Counted from the first letter of the whole stretch, positions 34,437 to 54,188 are shown. The stretch is DNA of 62,764 nucleotides, filler included, from Nemertoderma westbladi (GCA_032718475.1; 3 parts of 3 records of this genome joined end to end with filler, not necessarily neighbours in it); one strand, 5' to 3'. The notes: generated by a model from the letters alone, not told the origin. Made by a program: numbers and translations.

Positions 34437-36857
34437 GCATACAGGCATACAGGTCAGGTCAGGTATTCTATGTCATTGATCAAGAAAACGTGCCACCTCC
34501 ATGCAGCATAAAGGAGGTGCCACCTGTAGCTGCATAGACCCTCTTACTAGGGCAAATCTGGTCCTGTAACTAGGACCCCCTTCGTTCTGTGATAAGGACG
34601 CCCTTGGTCCTGGATTAAGGACCCATATACTTAGCTGCAGGCAGGGGTATATGGCCTGGCCAGGCAGATGGTGATCTACCAATGGCTGGTCAGGAGTAGA
34701 GTGTTCTCATGTCCACTCTGAGTGCACTTCACTGCGACCTGCACCTGGCAGCAGGGGTACAGGGCATGATCCAGCAGTTGAGCTGCACAGCCAATGGTGG
34801 GTCATGTGCGCCAGAGTAGATATGGGTGATGGGCCTCATATCTGACTCCACTACGACACCCACCCTGTGGAATGGCAAACCAGGGTGTGGTATTTACCCC
34901 CCAACCCCCACTATGGATTACATTAGTAATGCGGAGGTCCAGCCACTAGAGGCCAGTGGAATGACTGGACACAATCGGCCCCACAGGCGTCAGTTATCTC
35001 CTGACCGGCTGCCTGTCTCACCTCCTACTGGAGAGAGAGCGGCAAACAATTCTTTGAGTCCATTTCCTGATGACCATTCTGGCCCAAACCCTGGGTCACC
35101 AGGGTGGCCAGATTGTGAGGGGGAGAGGGATTCTGGAGTTGGAGGCTACTCTCATGTTCCACCCCGACCAACGAAGCCATTGGTGAATCCGAGGCAAGTC
35201 ACTAGACTAGCCTCAGTAAACACCCTAACACTCGGGTCCCCAATGCGACAAGGTGAGCTGACTGCCTTGGCAGATAAGCTTTCTCTTAGTGCAGTAGGTG
35301 TTCAAGAGCACCGAATGCAGACTGGACAGACTGATGAGGTTCTGATTAAGGACATGGGGGCGGTTGGCGACTCGCCCTCGCTTCAGCAGATGATAGTGGC
35401 AATGGTGGAATTGGTCTATTGATGAATCCAACTGCACATGCAGCATTGGACAAAATAGACCAAATCTCTAAAATCGACTAAATCTAGACTAAACTAGACC
35501 AAATCTCTTTGGAAGCCCTCCAGGTGCCAGTTCCCAAGAAAGGCAACCTAACACTCTATGGTTCTTTTCGGGGAATCTCATTGATCTCGATTGCTGCAAA
35601 GCTATACAATAGAATTCTATTAAATCGCATCAGGGATCCCATTGAGAGACTGCTCCGTGGAAATCAGAATGGGTTCCGTAAAGGTCGTGGGACCATGGAG
35701 CCCATTTTGGCACTTAGAAGGATAATTGAAGAGTTATCAAAAAAGAAAGACAGGCATCTGGCTGTTATCTTTGTTGACTTCTTCATTATTACATTATTGC
35801 AGCAATCAGATCAGTATACGATGGTTCGACAACATTTGTGTCTACTGTTGACGGTGACAGAGAACCATTTGAAGTGTTATGGGGCGTCCTCCAGGGAGAC
35901 ACACTTGCACCATTCTTGTTCATAATTGTTGTTGACTATGTTCTACGCATGTCCTTAGATCATCATAATGATGATGGGGTGATGATAAGTGGCTCAAGAA
36001 GTCGAGGAAATCCTGCCAAGTACCTAACTGATCTAGACTTTACTGATGACTTAGGAGTACTCTCAGAATCACTAGAGGGAGCCCAACGGCTCCTCAGCTC
36101 ATTAGAACATGCTGCTTCTAGTGTTGGTATTTTTATTAACTCCAGAAAGACCAACATTTTGACAGTTAACTTTGAAAGTCCTCAGCAAGTCTCTGATCGG
36201 ATGAGCATAAGCTCAAAAGATGGTATGCTTGAGCATGTGCATGACTTCTGTTACCTGGGATCATGGATCCGGAAGTCAGGTGAGGACCTTCGAATACGTA
36301 AGGGAAAGGCATGAGCGGCCTTGAATAGGCTTTCCAGGGTTTGGAAGTAACCGAGAATTAATCGAACACTTAAGGTCCGATTATTTAGAGCATCAGTAGT
36401 TCCAGTACTCCTCTATGGGTGTCCATGCTGGGCTCTAACTGCTGAGGACACCAAATTTCTGGATGGCACATTCACAAGAATGCTACGCCGGGTTCATTGA
36501 TCAAGTACAATGCACAGATCTCCAACCAGACACTATATAACATTGGAGGTGTCTCATTGGTTCCCCCAAGCTTGACACTAGAACAAAATCGCCTCCGCTT
36601 TGCAGGACATTGCTTTCGCCGTGAGGACCAGCCAGTGCATAATCTGGTACTTTGGCAGCCTCATGGAGTGAATAAGCATGGTGGACAGCCCATGACTTTC
36701 TTGAGACGCATCTTAAAGGACACTGGCCTTGAAGATGCGGATGATCTAGATAATGTCATGGGTGATAGGGAGTTGTGACGGTGCAATTTTGTCGATAAGC
36801 CGGCACAGCATTCTTAAAAAAATGCAGCTGCAATGCAGCATGCCGATCCTAGTAGTA
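34437..36857 (+). mobile_element. RTE-clade non-LTR retrotransposon, degenerate and internally deleted
   Basis: APE start (RLASVNTLTL, GVQEHR), RT motifs (FRGISLISIAAKLYNRILLNRI, QNGFRKGRGT, GVLQGDTLAPFLF, LDFTDD, FCYLGS), RLRFAGHCFR tail, 3' (TAG)n, 104-bp flanking direct repeats. Confidence 0.92.
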
Positions 36858-39366
36858 GATCAAACTTTGATCAAACATTGATCAAAGTTTGATCAAAATG
36901 TGTCCATAGAATATCATTGAAAGTAGCATTGACATTGAAATGACATTGATGGTATATTGAAATGACCTTGAAATCGATTGACCGAAATTCCAGACTTTCT
37001 GTCTCATATTGAAATGACATTGAAATGATTTCAAGGTAACAGTTTACATCGCTCTTTGAACTCATGCCTTTTTCAATGCCTTTGAACTCAGATTCCCGCC
37101 GAGAACTGGCTTTTGTTAATCGCCAAGCCGCGATGTGATTGACAGGGCGGTGGATGGAGCTTGCTTGCCTTTGTGGATGGACAGCGATTGGATTTACAAG
37201 GCGGTGTTGTGGTAGTGTCCCAGATTGAGTTTTGTTCTTGTAGGACAGGGCCTATTATTACACCAACAACTATTTACAGCCTTTGGAATATTTTTAAATT
37301 ATTGTTATACTAGAAATGAAAACACGAAAATTGCCATCAACACAACGATAGAAACACCAGCTGCTGGTACTCATGTGGGCCTAGTAAGCTACTACTATTT
37401 ATTGAATGGATAGCCCAAACTGCAGAGAAGTATATTACTTGCCAAATTTATTACTATCTCTCTCTCTAACCCAGGCAGTAATCAAACATCAACTGTAAGT
37501 TTGTATAATGTATTACCCCACCAGATGAATAGCTTTTCCCAGTGAATCCAATGACAATAATCTATAAGGTTACTCACTGCTATGTTACTGTAGATGGGAG
37601 GCCAGGTAATTGAATTGTAAGCATTGTGCTGTTTAAATGGTTTATAGGTTGATGATAATGAATGATGAGGGACCCAACTAACACTACGTTTGTCTATATG
37701 AGGTCTCCTTATAGCCAGCTGGCTGGCTTTTCTAGTTGAATCATATTATTCTGCAACCAAATAATTTACTCTTTTAGACGAATTTGTGCGTTTTTTTGGC
37801 AGAATAACAAATTTTGGCGACGTTCTGTGCGAGATTGGCGATATTTGAAAAGATTCTGAGGCACAAATATGTTGCTCAGATGACTGAATAGCCCAAATAA
37901 AAACGTTGGTGCATACTCGACGAGTTGAAATCGGTGAAATTCGACTTTAAATGTTCAAAATCGCTATTTTTCAGTGACCCCGTGATCGAAACGACACAAA
38001 AAATATACAGTCTTGTGCGCAACCAAAATTTATGTCGAGTTTGTTATTAAAATTTTTGCGTACCTGCTTGAGTTTTTGAGATATTGGATGGTTATGCATA
38101 TATACACACACACATAACCACATCGTGTTTTTTGAACGGCTCAACTCTTGACAAGAACTACCCTGGCCTATTAATAGGCAGGTTCGTTATTAGAAATTAG
38201 TTTCAATGTTCCTTAAATCAGATCAGAATCAAGGCCAAAGACCTCCATTGACGTAGCAGCGCGATGGCTGCCGTTGCATTGCATTTGCTTATACAGTAAT
38301 TGTGTAAATTCGACAAGCTTCCTTCCTGCCCCTGTCTCTAATTATACTAATAAATGTAAATAAAGAAATAAATAAATCCAAGCGCCAGCTGCGCCAGCGC
38401 ACCCCCTAAAATACCTTCTAAAAATTTACGTAATTTAATTTTAATACTCTGATAAGGTAATTTTATTGAAAACATAATTTGTTTTAAAGTAAACTATGTT
38501 ATGTACATCATTAGTTACGTATTTTTTAATTCAGTTTAACGTATTGTAATTATAATTTTTTAAATATTAAAAATCAAATTGGGTTAGTAATACTTATTAA
38601 ATTATGCTCATTCATTTTTAATTAATGGAGGGTTTTAACCATCCGGCCGACAAAACACAATTTTGCTCACAGGTCGTTGTAAGACAAGGCATCAATATAA
38701 CCCCAGTGATCCCATACCCTCTCTTGTAGTGGACTTTTACTATATCATTGTACAATGTACAAGCTGCGGACCTGCACCCCCCCCCCCCCCCCCATTATAA
38801 TGTGTAGATTATTCCTTTTTGCATTACTAGTGTAGGGCGCAAGGTAGGCCTAGGCCTAGCAGTTCAGTCTGTCACTCGGACTCTACATGTTGGGTCTTGA
38901 CTCTATCTTGCGCATCTACATGATGCAGAGCGTCCCGAGCACGTGAAAGTGAACTTGAGGCTATTTTTGTGCGACACTTTATGTGTGAGCATATTTGCCA
39001 GGCTGCAAATGAAATGCAAAAATCGCAACGCGTTGTGCGCGTATTTGAAATAGTGCGCGGTAAAAGCACGCGGAATTGAAATAAAAGTGCGCGAAATTAT
39101 GTGAAAGACAACAAAAGTGCGCAGTAATCTGTGCAAAAGTTTAAAAGTCGTAAAGTGCGCGTACAGTCTGAGTCTGACAGTGGAGTGGATGAGGTGTAAA
39201 AAAGTTAACATGCATTTAAAGTGAGAAAAATAATTTGCCACAAAAAATTTTGCTCGCTTCGCTCGCGTTTCTTTGCGTTTTGCAGTTAGAATGAAAAAAT
39301 TTCGCTCACTTTGAGTTTTGCTCGCGTTTCTTTTTCATAGTAAGTAAGTAAGAAATAGTAAGTTTC

Positions 39367-40470
39367 TTAGGTAAGTTTAGTTTGCGCGATTTGTTTAGAG
39401 CAGTATTTAATTATTACCCATGTTTTACGTATGTTGTTAAAGAGTTTTTTTGTAAACTGAGTAGAATAGTAGCGTGTTTGTACAGCACGTGTAGTTGAAG
39501 TTAAGCTGTCCCTATATTGCTTGTATTTAGTGTGGTTAGAATCAGTGGGGTTTTTTATTATATATGCGCGGTTTAGTTTTTTTAATGTGCATTTGATTAG
39601 GTTGGGGGTCATCCATAGTTTCGATGGTATTTTATTGGAAGATATATATTTTTTTGGAACATGTTTTAATCAGAGGCTCGTGAAGTCATCATAAAAGTAT
39701 CGAATTTATTATAATTTGTTATTGATGACGAAGTGTAAGATCATGTATTTGGATCCTTAACATCATGTAAAAAGTCATTTACTCTGAAATTAGTGAAGTC
39801 AAAAACTGTACTTTGTTTGGGCTTATTGAAATAGCAAGAGTACCGTTGGAAGAGTAGTGAAGCAAGGGTAGTGGTATGAAGTCACAATTAAATTTTGGAA
39901 GACACCGGATGTAGAGAATGATGAGGTAATGTTAGTTATAATATGGTCGATAGTAGTTTTAGAATAAGGTGTTACACGAGTAGGAGTAGATATTAGTGGT
40001 AAAAATGGTTTCAGGAGGTCAATGTTCATGTCACCTGTAAGGATGACGTCATAGTTATTATTAGTTAGAGATAGCAGTATAGAATCCAGCTTTGTGAGAA
40101 ATGTATCAATGTGTACAGGTTCGGGGCGATAGATAGATTCAATAATTAGAACTTTATTCTGGGGGCGCTTTAATTCTATCCATGAATTTTCTATACCCAA
40201 TAATTTTAAATCCTTACGTTCTGTGACGTCATATTTTGAGTACACATAAATGGCCGTTCCTCCTCTGTGGAGTCTGCCGAGGGTACGGTTGTTAAGGAAT
40301 GGGCCATGGTAGTTTGGAATTTTTATTAGGTCTAGGAGGTCGTCGTTAGCAAGGAATGTCTCAGTTAGAGTTAGAATATTAAATGTAGGTTTGATGGTAA
40401 GAAGAAAATCAGTTAAGTCCGAAATATTAGAATTAAGACTCTTACAGTTCAGATTGAATATAGGGAGTTC
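39367..40470 (-). mobile_element. CR1/L2-group LINE endonuclease fragment, degenerate
   Basis: FNLNCKSL, LTLTETFL, SIYRP, ILTGDMNIDLL, PTRVT, TTIDHI motifs, with stops and frameshifts. Confidence 0.85.
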
Positions 40471-41059
40471 TTTGTTGCAAAAATGAAAATATTAATTTAG
40501 TTTATTTCCTTAATCACTTTATTTCACAGTAATTGAGAAACTAATGGTAATTCTGAAACATTGGACAGTTGACATAATATGATATAAAAAAAACAAAGGT
40601 GAGTAAGGCATCGGGGGGAGCCTTGATTTTGATAGTATGAGTATATGGAGTTGAGTTGAGGTGAGAAACATTAGATCGCAGGATTTGGCCCAAATTGTGG
40701 GGGGGGGGGGGGGGGGGGGGTATTTAAATTTATTTCAATTCAATTTAATCCGGCATTTACTGATATAATAGGGGGGTAAAGTGCCCCTTACTACTCTTGG
40801 AATAGGGTGAAGATGACCAAGGTGTTAATATTAGTTTAGTCAGATGTTGTCAATATTGATTATATTGGTTAGATGGTGTTTATTGGTGGATTGATTAGCT
40901 ACTTCAAATATCACCTCTCTCTCGTCGAGGTGATTTTGCAATACTTACAAACCCCTATCGGTGTATTTGACTTATTGGTATTATATTTACACTATCCTCA
41001 ATGTACTTGAGATAGTTTGCTATATTGAATAAAATATACAACGTAACCACAAAACCATC

Positions 41060-41390
41060 ATTCATGGATCATTCATCCAGAAGCATGTATGGGCTGTCCG
41101 GGATTTGGAAGTCACATAGAAAACATCGGAATCATAAAGTTCGATCATTTAGAGCAGCTGTCGAACCAGTACTCGTACATTGGAACCCATGCTGGGCTCA
41201 AACTTCCGAGGAAAACAAATTCTCCGGTTTGCACATATACTGTACTATAATTAATTGTAATCCGGGTTTATTTTGTCAAGAATAATCCACATATCTTCAG
41301 GCAGACCCTATACAACATCGAGGTGTATCATGGTCCCCCAACCTTGGTGCTTGAACAGAGCCGCCTCCGCTTTGTAGGACATAGCTTTCG
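41060..41390 (+). mobile_element. Older RTE 3' fragment
   Basis: Similar to 36270-36620 (e.g. TTTAGAGCA.C.GT..CCAGTACTC and CGCCTCCGCTTTG.AGGACAT). Confidence 0.7.
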
Positions 41391-42715
41391 ATGAAATGAA
41401 ATGATGAAATAAATGAAATGATTTCATGACAAAGGCTATTTCTACGCCAATTTTAACTGAAATGAGTTTAAATATGGTACACTTGTTAAGATTACCCTTC
41501 TCCATACTTCTGAACAAATTTGGTTGGAAATGCCCTGGAGCCTTTTTATATCAAAAGGGCCCAAAAAAGGCCCTTTTTGGGGCCATTTTGTTCTAAAAAG
41601 GCTCCAGAGCATTTGGGGCAAAATTTGTTCAGAAGAATTGGATGCAGGGTTCTTCTGAACCTATATTCCAAATTTTGACAAATTTCAACAAATATTGGTG
41701 GAGAAAAAGCTCTTGGTGAAAAAAGGCACTTTTGGCCATTACGAAGCCATATTTGGTTTGGTTATTCTCACACAGTCCAGGCGATATTTAGTTGCACAAA
41801 AAACTATTTTCACCCAATTTTATGGTCCAATGACACAAAAATATGAGGTTCAATTTGGGGGTGATACGGGGGGTATCACCCCCAAATTGAACCTCATATT
41901 TTTGTGTTCTATCTGTAATCAAACTTGCATTAAGGGGGTGGGGGGGGGGGGCCCTTAATGCAAGTTTGATTACAGATAGAACACTTAATCACCCTTTTTC
42001 ATCTGTTGTCGCCGCCCATTGAAGATGTTGACGTGCCGACACGTCGCAACAAGGGTATCGTTCCACGGTTTCCACCACAAAATCTGCGCCACTACCCCGT
42101 TTCACGTCCTCGATACGGAAAGTTGTATGTCTGCTCTGTGGAGAGCCAGCAGCACTCTACCACCTATTACATTGCAAACAAAACTCTAAGTCACTGACAT
42201 ATTGGGCCGAGTCTAACAGTTAAACGCGATTTTTTTTTCTTAACTCTTTTTATTTTATCAATTAATTGTATTTTTATTATTTACCACGTATGTTTTTAAT
42301 GGTTTAATGCCATTCCCGAGGCGCAATTAAATAAAATATTGAAGATGTTGTCTTCAAAATATATTGCTATAAAACAATCTCGCATCATTGTGAGTACTCA
42401 TGACAGGGCAGAGGAACTATAGAAGTATGTCTTTGTGTAGAATGTTATATTTTGATTAACTTCATGTGCACCAAATTTTGATCCATTTCATCAAAGATTG
42501 ACCGACATATTAGCATTCAAACATTTCCAACCACGACAACGACTACGACAGACTGTTCAATAATTATACCACTACGTTAAGGGTCACCAAGGCTTCGTCG
42601 TGGGTCACCATACCCACACTCCTGATTTCGAATAGGTCATATATTGCCTAATATTGTGCACATACTTAATAGAATAATTAATTGCCATTAAAAGACCTCA
42701 TAACCATCTGTTACA

Positions 42716-43441
42716 ATGGTGTTTTATCAGATCACATCACTATACTTTCTTTACGTGGTACCATATATAATGGTTTGTTATGGGGGTGTTACGTGCTATT
42801 CCGAAGGAACCGCGAAGGTTACTGCAACTACTAAGGGACTACAACACGCGATGAATGAAAAAGCCGCGAATCTAAAAAATAGCAATCAACAATGGTTAGA
42901 TGAAAATTTTTTCACAACAGAACGCCATCATGATATCAGACGCATCCGGTACCATTGTACCGGATGTTCCAATTTGTTCTATCGAAATATCGCTGTACAC
43001 GATGACACTGGTGATGAGTTCATGATCGAGTTTACAGTGGAAGGGTGCGCGCACGATGGTGCTCGCGGCTTCAACGCTATTTGCGTGGATCTGGGTGAAG
43101 ACAGGTGTCCAACATTTTTACAACAGTTTGAAAATGGGTTTAAAATCGATCACCAGAGTTTCAAGGACGTGGAAAACCAGCAGGATGACATCGTTCGGGT
43201 TCTGATTGCTGTTAGAGATTCCTTTCTTCACGGAGCCACAGTCAAGTACACATCGTGCCAACAGATGTGTTGTCCTGGTGAGTGTCATACTCCAGTTTGG
43301 GCGGTGAATCTAACTACAACAACTACCGCCAGTGCGGTTGAAGAAACGAAAACAGATGAGAAGATTCCAAGCAGTTCAATCATTGCTACACCGATATTTC
43401 CTATGGTTTTGTTGCTGGTAACATTCAATGGAATATTTTAG
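42716..43441 (+). CDS. Putative secreted, GPI-anchored cysteine-rich protein (divergent Ly6/three-finger-like), 241 aa
   Basis: ATG start, hydrophobic N-terminus ending near VCYG, then VTCY; 10 Cys in the mature part ending CQQMCCPGECH; Thr/Ser-rich stalk; hydrophobic C-terminus PIFPMVLLLVTFNGIF. Confidence 0.75.
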   Translation: MVFYQITSLYFLYVVPYIMVCYGGVTCYSEGTAKVTATTKGLQHAMNEKAANLKNSNQQWLDENFFTTERHHDIRRIRYHCTGCSNLFYRNIAVHDDTGDEFMIEFTVEGCAHDGARGFNAICVDLGEDRCPTFLQQFENGFKIDHQSFKDVENQQDDIVRVLIAVRDSFLHGATVKYTSCQQMCCPGECHTPVWAVNLTTTTTASAVEETKTDEKIPSSSIIATPIFPMVLLLVTFNGIF

Positions 43442-44588
43442 AAACATATTTAAAAAAAATGGACAAAAATCATATACTAAAACATTAAACGTTGTGGTAG
43501 GCCTACTTTCGCTCAGTACGAGAGTCTGTTGAAACTGTATTACCGGTAATAACTATTAGACGTAGCCTATGGAAACTGCAAAATGTATTTACAATAATAA
43601 TATTTATTGTATTATATATGTATTCATAATGTATAATTTATTGTAAAAAACTTTTAAAAGTCCTTCAAAAGTTTTAAGCGAAGACGAAGTGATATTTAGT
43701 GCCTGGTTGTGGTGGATCATTCACGGTGGGACACCAAAATTCCCTAAACTTTCTAAAGTTTATCTCTACTGGTGTCCAAACCTTGAGCCGGACCTACAGA
43801 CGGGCAGACAGATGGACATCACCGATTTGGCCCTGTATTAATCTGTATGCTAAGGCTTGCTTCTTTGTTTCTCGCCACCCACTTAATAACTGTTGAACCA
43901 CTGCATCATATTTGATAGCAGATCTCATATTCTGGCATCGCGCAATTTCATGGTCTGGCGTTAGGTTGCACTAAATATATCTTCATATTAGTCTAACTTT
44001 TGGATCAATGCATAAATTTTAACGATATTTTCACAGAATGACCTACTGTATGGAATGTTCCTAATTAAATGAGACAGTGTTCATGTACCCCTGTGACAGG
44101 AATATATTCTGTCTATAGTTTATAATTAACGTAGTTGAATCCATTACGTTTTGCACTGACCAAAAATGCTTGCGGCATCAGCCTCTACATACTTGCAGCT
44201 TGTATTATCAACAACTTGGATTTCATATAAACAGTCCTCAATTTCCAATTTCTTATTCAAACAACGTCCTACCGTACCGGTCTCCCCATGATCTCTCCAT
44301 TCAAACTTCCCGCCAACACTTCTACCCCACTCTCTTACATACTGACACAATTGTAACCAATCATTACATTACAAGCTGTCACTTTTGTGGACGTGCAGCA
44401 ACGGACTATGATCACGCAATGAGCTGCGATGTTATAACCTTGTTTGGTCTAAAACCAGCTTTACATCTTCAAGCCATCCCCAACTAGCCTTCACCTGACT
44501 TAGTAAACTGCCTTTTACCTATTTTTAGCAATTGATTAGTGCTTTATTAGAAGACCGTTAGGGCTTATTGCTGTCAAAAACGTCCAGT

Positions 44589-44589
44589 T

Positions 44590-44645
<56 letters not shown>

Positions 44646-44714
44646 CGTCCGTCCGTCCGTCCGTCCGTCCGTCCGTCCGTCCGTCCGTCCGTCCGTCCGT
44701 CCGTCCGTCTGTCC

Positions 44715-44760
<46 letters not shown>
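44589..44760. repeat. (GTCT)n/(GTCC)n compound microsatellite
   Basis: Read directly; longer versions at 50449-50753 and 54107-54414. Confidence 0.97.
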
Positions 44761-44907
44761 TTTTTTCAAAGAAAACATTCGATGATCGGTTCTCGATGAG
44801 ATATCATGAAATTACATTTAATTAGAAGACCATTAGGGCATACTTTGTTGAGAGGTCAAGTATATGTGCCGCTATAACTCTGTCAAACTACAGTTAGTTA
44901 GTTCTAT

Positions 44908-47186
44908 TCAGGATCCCGACTTATTATCTCGGGATCCCGACTTATAATCTCGGGATCCCGACGTATTATATCAGGATTAATCAGGACTTATTATCTCGGA
45001 TTCCCGACTTATTATCTCGGAATCCCGACTTATTATCTCGGGATCCCGACTTATTATCTCGGGATCCCGACTTATTATCTCGGAATCCCGACTTATTATC
45101 TCGGGATCCCGACTTATTATCTCGGGATCCCGACTTATTATCTCGGGATCCCGACTTATTATCTCGGGATCCCGACGTATTATCTCAGGAATCCGACTTT
45201 TTATCTCGGAATCCCGACGTACTATCTCGGGATCGCGACGTATTATATCAGGATCCCGACTTATTATCTCGGGATCCCGACTTATAATCTCGGGATCCCG
45301 ACTTATTATCTTGGGATCCCGAGTTATTATCTCGGAATCCCTACTTATTATCTCGGAATCCCGACTTATTATCTCGGGATCCCGACTTATTATCTCGGGA
45401 TCCCGACTTATTATCTCGGATTCCCGACTTATTATCTCGGAATCCCGACTTATTATCTCGGGATCCCGACGTATTATCTCGGGATCCCGACTTTTTATCT
45501 CGGATTCCCGACTTATTATCTCGGAATCCCGACTTATTATCTCGGGATCCCGACTTATTATCTCGGGATCCCGACGTATTATCTCAGGAATCCGACTTTT
45601 TATCTCGGAATCCCGACTTATTATCTCGGGATCCCGACTTATTATCTCGGGATCCCGACGTATTATCTCGGGATCCCGACTTTTTATCTCGGATTCCCGA
45701 CTTATTATCTCGGAATCCCGACTTATTATCTCGGGATCCCGACTTATTATCTCGGGATCCCGACGTATTATCTCAGGAATCCGACTTTTTATCTCGGAAT
45801 CCCGACTTATTATCTCGGGATCCCGACTTATTATCTCGGAAACCCGACTCATTATCTTGGGATTCCGAGTTATTATCTCGGAATCCCTACTTACTATCTC
45901 GGGTTCCCTACTTATTATCTCGGAATCCCGACTTATTATCTCGGATTCCCGACTTATTATCTCGGAATCCCGACTTATTATCTCGGGATCCCGACTTATT
46001 ATCTCGGAATCCCGACTTATTATCTCGGGATCCCGACATATTATCTCGGGATCCCGACTTATTATCTCGGGATCCCGACTTATTATCTCGGGATCCCGAC
46101 GTATTATCTCGGAATCCCGACTTATTATCTCGGGATCCCGACTTATTATCTCGGGATCCCGACGTATTATCTCGGGATCCCGACTTTTTATCTCGGAATC
46201 CCGACTTATTATCTCGGGATCCCGACATATTATCTCGGGATCCCGACTTATTATCTCGGGATCCCGACTTGTTATCTCGGGATCCCGACGTATTATCTCG
46301 GGATCCCGACTTATTATCTCGGGATCCCGACTTATTATCTCGGGATCCCGACTTATTATCTCGGGATCCCGACGTATTATCTCGGAATCCCGACTTATTA
46401 TCTCGGGATCCCGACTTATTATCTCGGGATCCCGACGTATTATCTCGGGATCCCGACTTATTATCTCGGGATCCCGACTTATTATCTCGGGATCCCGACG
46501 TATTATCTCGGAATCCCGACTTATTATCTCGGGATCCCGACTTATTATCTCGGGATCCCGACGTATTATCTCGGGATCCCGACTTATTATCTCGGAATCC
46601 CGACTTATTATCTCGGGATCCCGACTTATTATCTCGGGATCCCGACTTATTATCTCGGGATCCCGACTTACTATCTCGGGATCCCGACTTATTATCTCGG
46701 GATCCCGACTTATTATCTCGGGATCCCGACTTATTATCTCGGAATCCCGACTTATTATCTCGGATTCCCGACTTATTATCTCGGGATCCCGACTTATTAT
46801 CTCGGGATCCCGACTTATTATCTCGGGATCCCGACTTATTATCTCGGGATCCCGACTTTATTATCTCGGGATCCCGACTTATTATCTCGGAATCCCGACT
46901 TACTATCTCGGGTTCCCGACTTATTATCTCGGGAGCCCGACTTATTATCTCGGGATCCCGACTTATTATCTCGGGATCCCGACGTATTATCTCAGGAATC
47001 CGACTTTTTATCTCGGAATCCCGACTTACTATCTCGGGATCCCGACTTACTATCTCGGGTTCCCGACTTATTATCTCGGGATCCCGACTTATTATCTCGG
47101 GATCCCGACTTATTATCTCGGAATCCCGACTTATTATCTCAGGAACCCGACTTTTTATCTCGGAATCCCGACTTACTATCTCGGGA
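44908..47186. repeat. 21-bp satellite array 1
   Basis: Unit TTATTATCTCGGGATCCCGAC, containing the palindrome TCGGGATCCCGA. Confidence 0.98.
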
Positions 47187-48774
47187 AACCGTAACCGGTA
47201 ATAGTTTTAATTTTGGAGCATTCAGCTGTTATATGCGTCGATTTCCCCTGGAGCGGGTTGGATTTTTATTGGATATTTATTAAAACTAAAGAAATAACTT
47301 ACATGCTCTATTAAGTTTGCCAAATTTTTGTTACTAAAAATATTTTGACAAGTGTAACAAACTGATAGCAAGGAACTTGCAAATCTTAGGAAATGTACTA
47401 TGAATTTTCAACAGGGATATATTATTTAAACTATTATAGTAATAACTAGTAATGTAGTAAATAATAAATAGTTCACGATTGCGATCCCCCCAATCTAGAT
47501 AACGCTGGGTAGAAAACCATAGATAAAGCTTCCTCTGTGAGACTCGATGGGAAATCGTCCGAACTATCGTAATGATGGACTGGACTTGTCACATAATTTA
47601 ATTCAACCATTTTCCCTGAACTACGATAGGTTCATAGGCATATTGATACAAAAATGCTGTTTTGAAATAATAATTAAAAATAATTAACGGATGGTCAGTG
47701 AGGTAGAGTGCGCTTATTACTGTACAAACTGATGAATCAGTGATGATTAACTGACCATTGTTAAATTTGCTTTTGAACTTTTGAACTATACTTTTGGTAC
47801 TATTTTTGAGACGTGGTTTGAATAAATAATTACATAGCATGAAATATCTATTTCATCTTTATTATCTCTATTTTGTAGTTATAAATGGATTTTTAGGTGT
47901 TTCCAATTTGGTGGAATTTCGGCGGATGTTAAAATTTAAGCTTAAACTTTATTTTTCCATGTTTAACAATCCAAACTTACCGGATAGTATAAGACCTTTC
48001 GGATTCCGGGTACGTTGCTGTACCTTGAAGGTCTTTAACAGGTTTGAGGATATTCGCTCATTCAAGTTTCCCTTTAGTTAGCAAGGATAGTTCGCGAGAA
48101 ATCTGCAAGATAAATAGGATATCAAATATCCCCAACAAACAATGGCATAAAAATAATTAATTAAATAATGAGAAACAAATAGGCCTACATATACAGTATA
48201 AAACGCTTCAATGCAGCTGAAATATAAATATTAAATTGTAATAATTATATCACAATAATGATAATATATTTTAATTTTACAAACCTCGTTATTTTGACGA
48301 TTGGTGGACGACTTATTATTTCGAATTTCTTCCAAACACATATTTACCATTATTAGGTACATCTCTGAAGCGTTAAGTATCGTATGAGTCGATACTTTAA
48401 GTTGTGACAGTAAGGGCAGTACAGTTGTACAATACATACAGTCATATTTATTAGGTGCACTGCGTATAAGGCAAAGTGATTTCAACTATTAAACAACAGT
48501 TCTGCTTCAGTCAGCCAATCACAATGCTGTTATCATGAAAGTTGGTTCATGGTGAAATTGGCAGACAGGTATAATAATAAAAAAGTACACTACTATTTAA
48601 ATATGTTACATCATACTTAAAATAAATGGTGAAAAGAAATACGATCAGTGGTGAAATGGCGATTTCAGTGGAATATACAGAATATATATATATATAAATT
48701 AATTTTATATATTTATAAAGTATATTTATTATATACAAATATACAGATATTTTTATTTTATTTCTGACAGAACA

Positions 48775-54109
<5,335 letters not shown>

Positions 54110-54188
54110 TCCGTCCGTCCGTCCGTCCGTCCGTCCGTCCGTCCGTCCGTCCGTCCGTCCGTCCGTCCGTCCGTCCGTCCGTCCGTCC

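Larger units (their letters stand above)
42914..47319. repeat. Tandem segmental duplication, unit 1
   Basis: Nearly identical to 48775-54109 apart from array lengths; partial third copy at 54107-55349. Confidence 0.92.

Noticed and set aside
34460-34540. Possible CpG-decayed HDV-like ribozyme at the RTE 5' end (ACCTCCATGCAGC, perhaps formerly GCCTCCACGCGGC)
   Set aside because: Only a P3/L3 resemblance after assuming mutations; P1 and P2 could not be paired. A family consensus plus an Infernal search would be needed.
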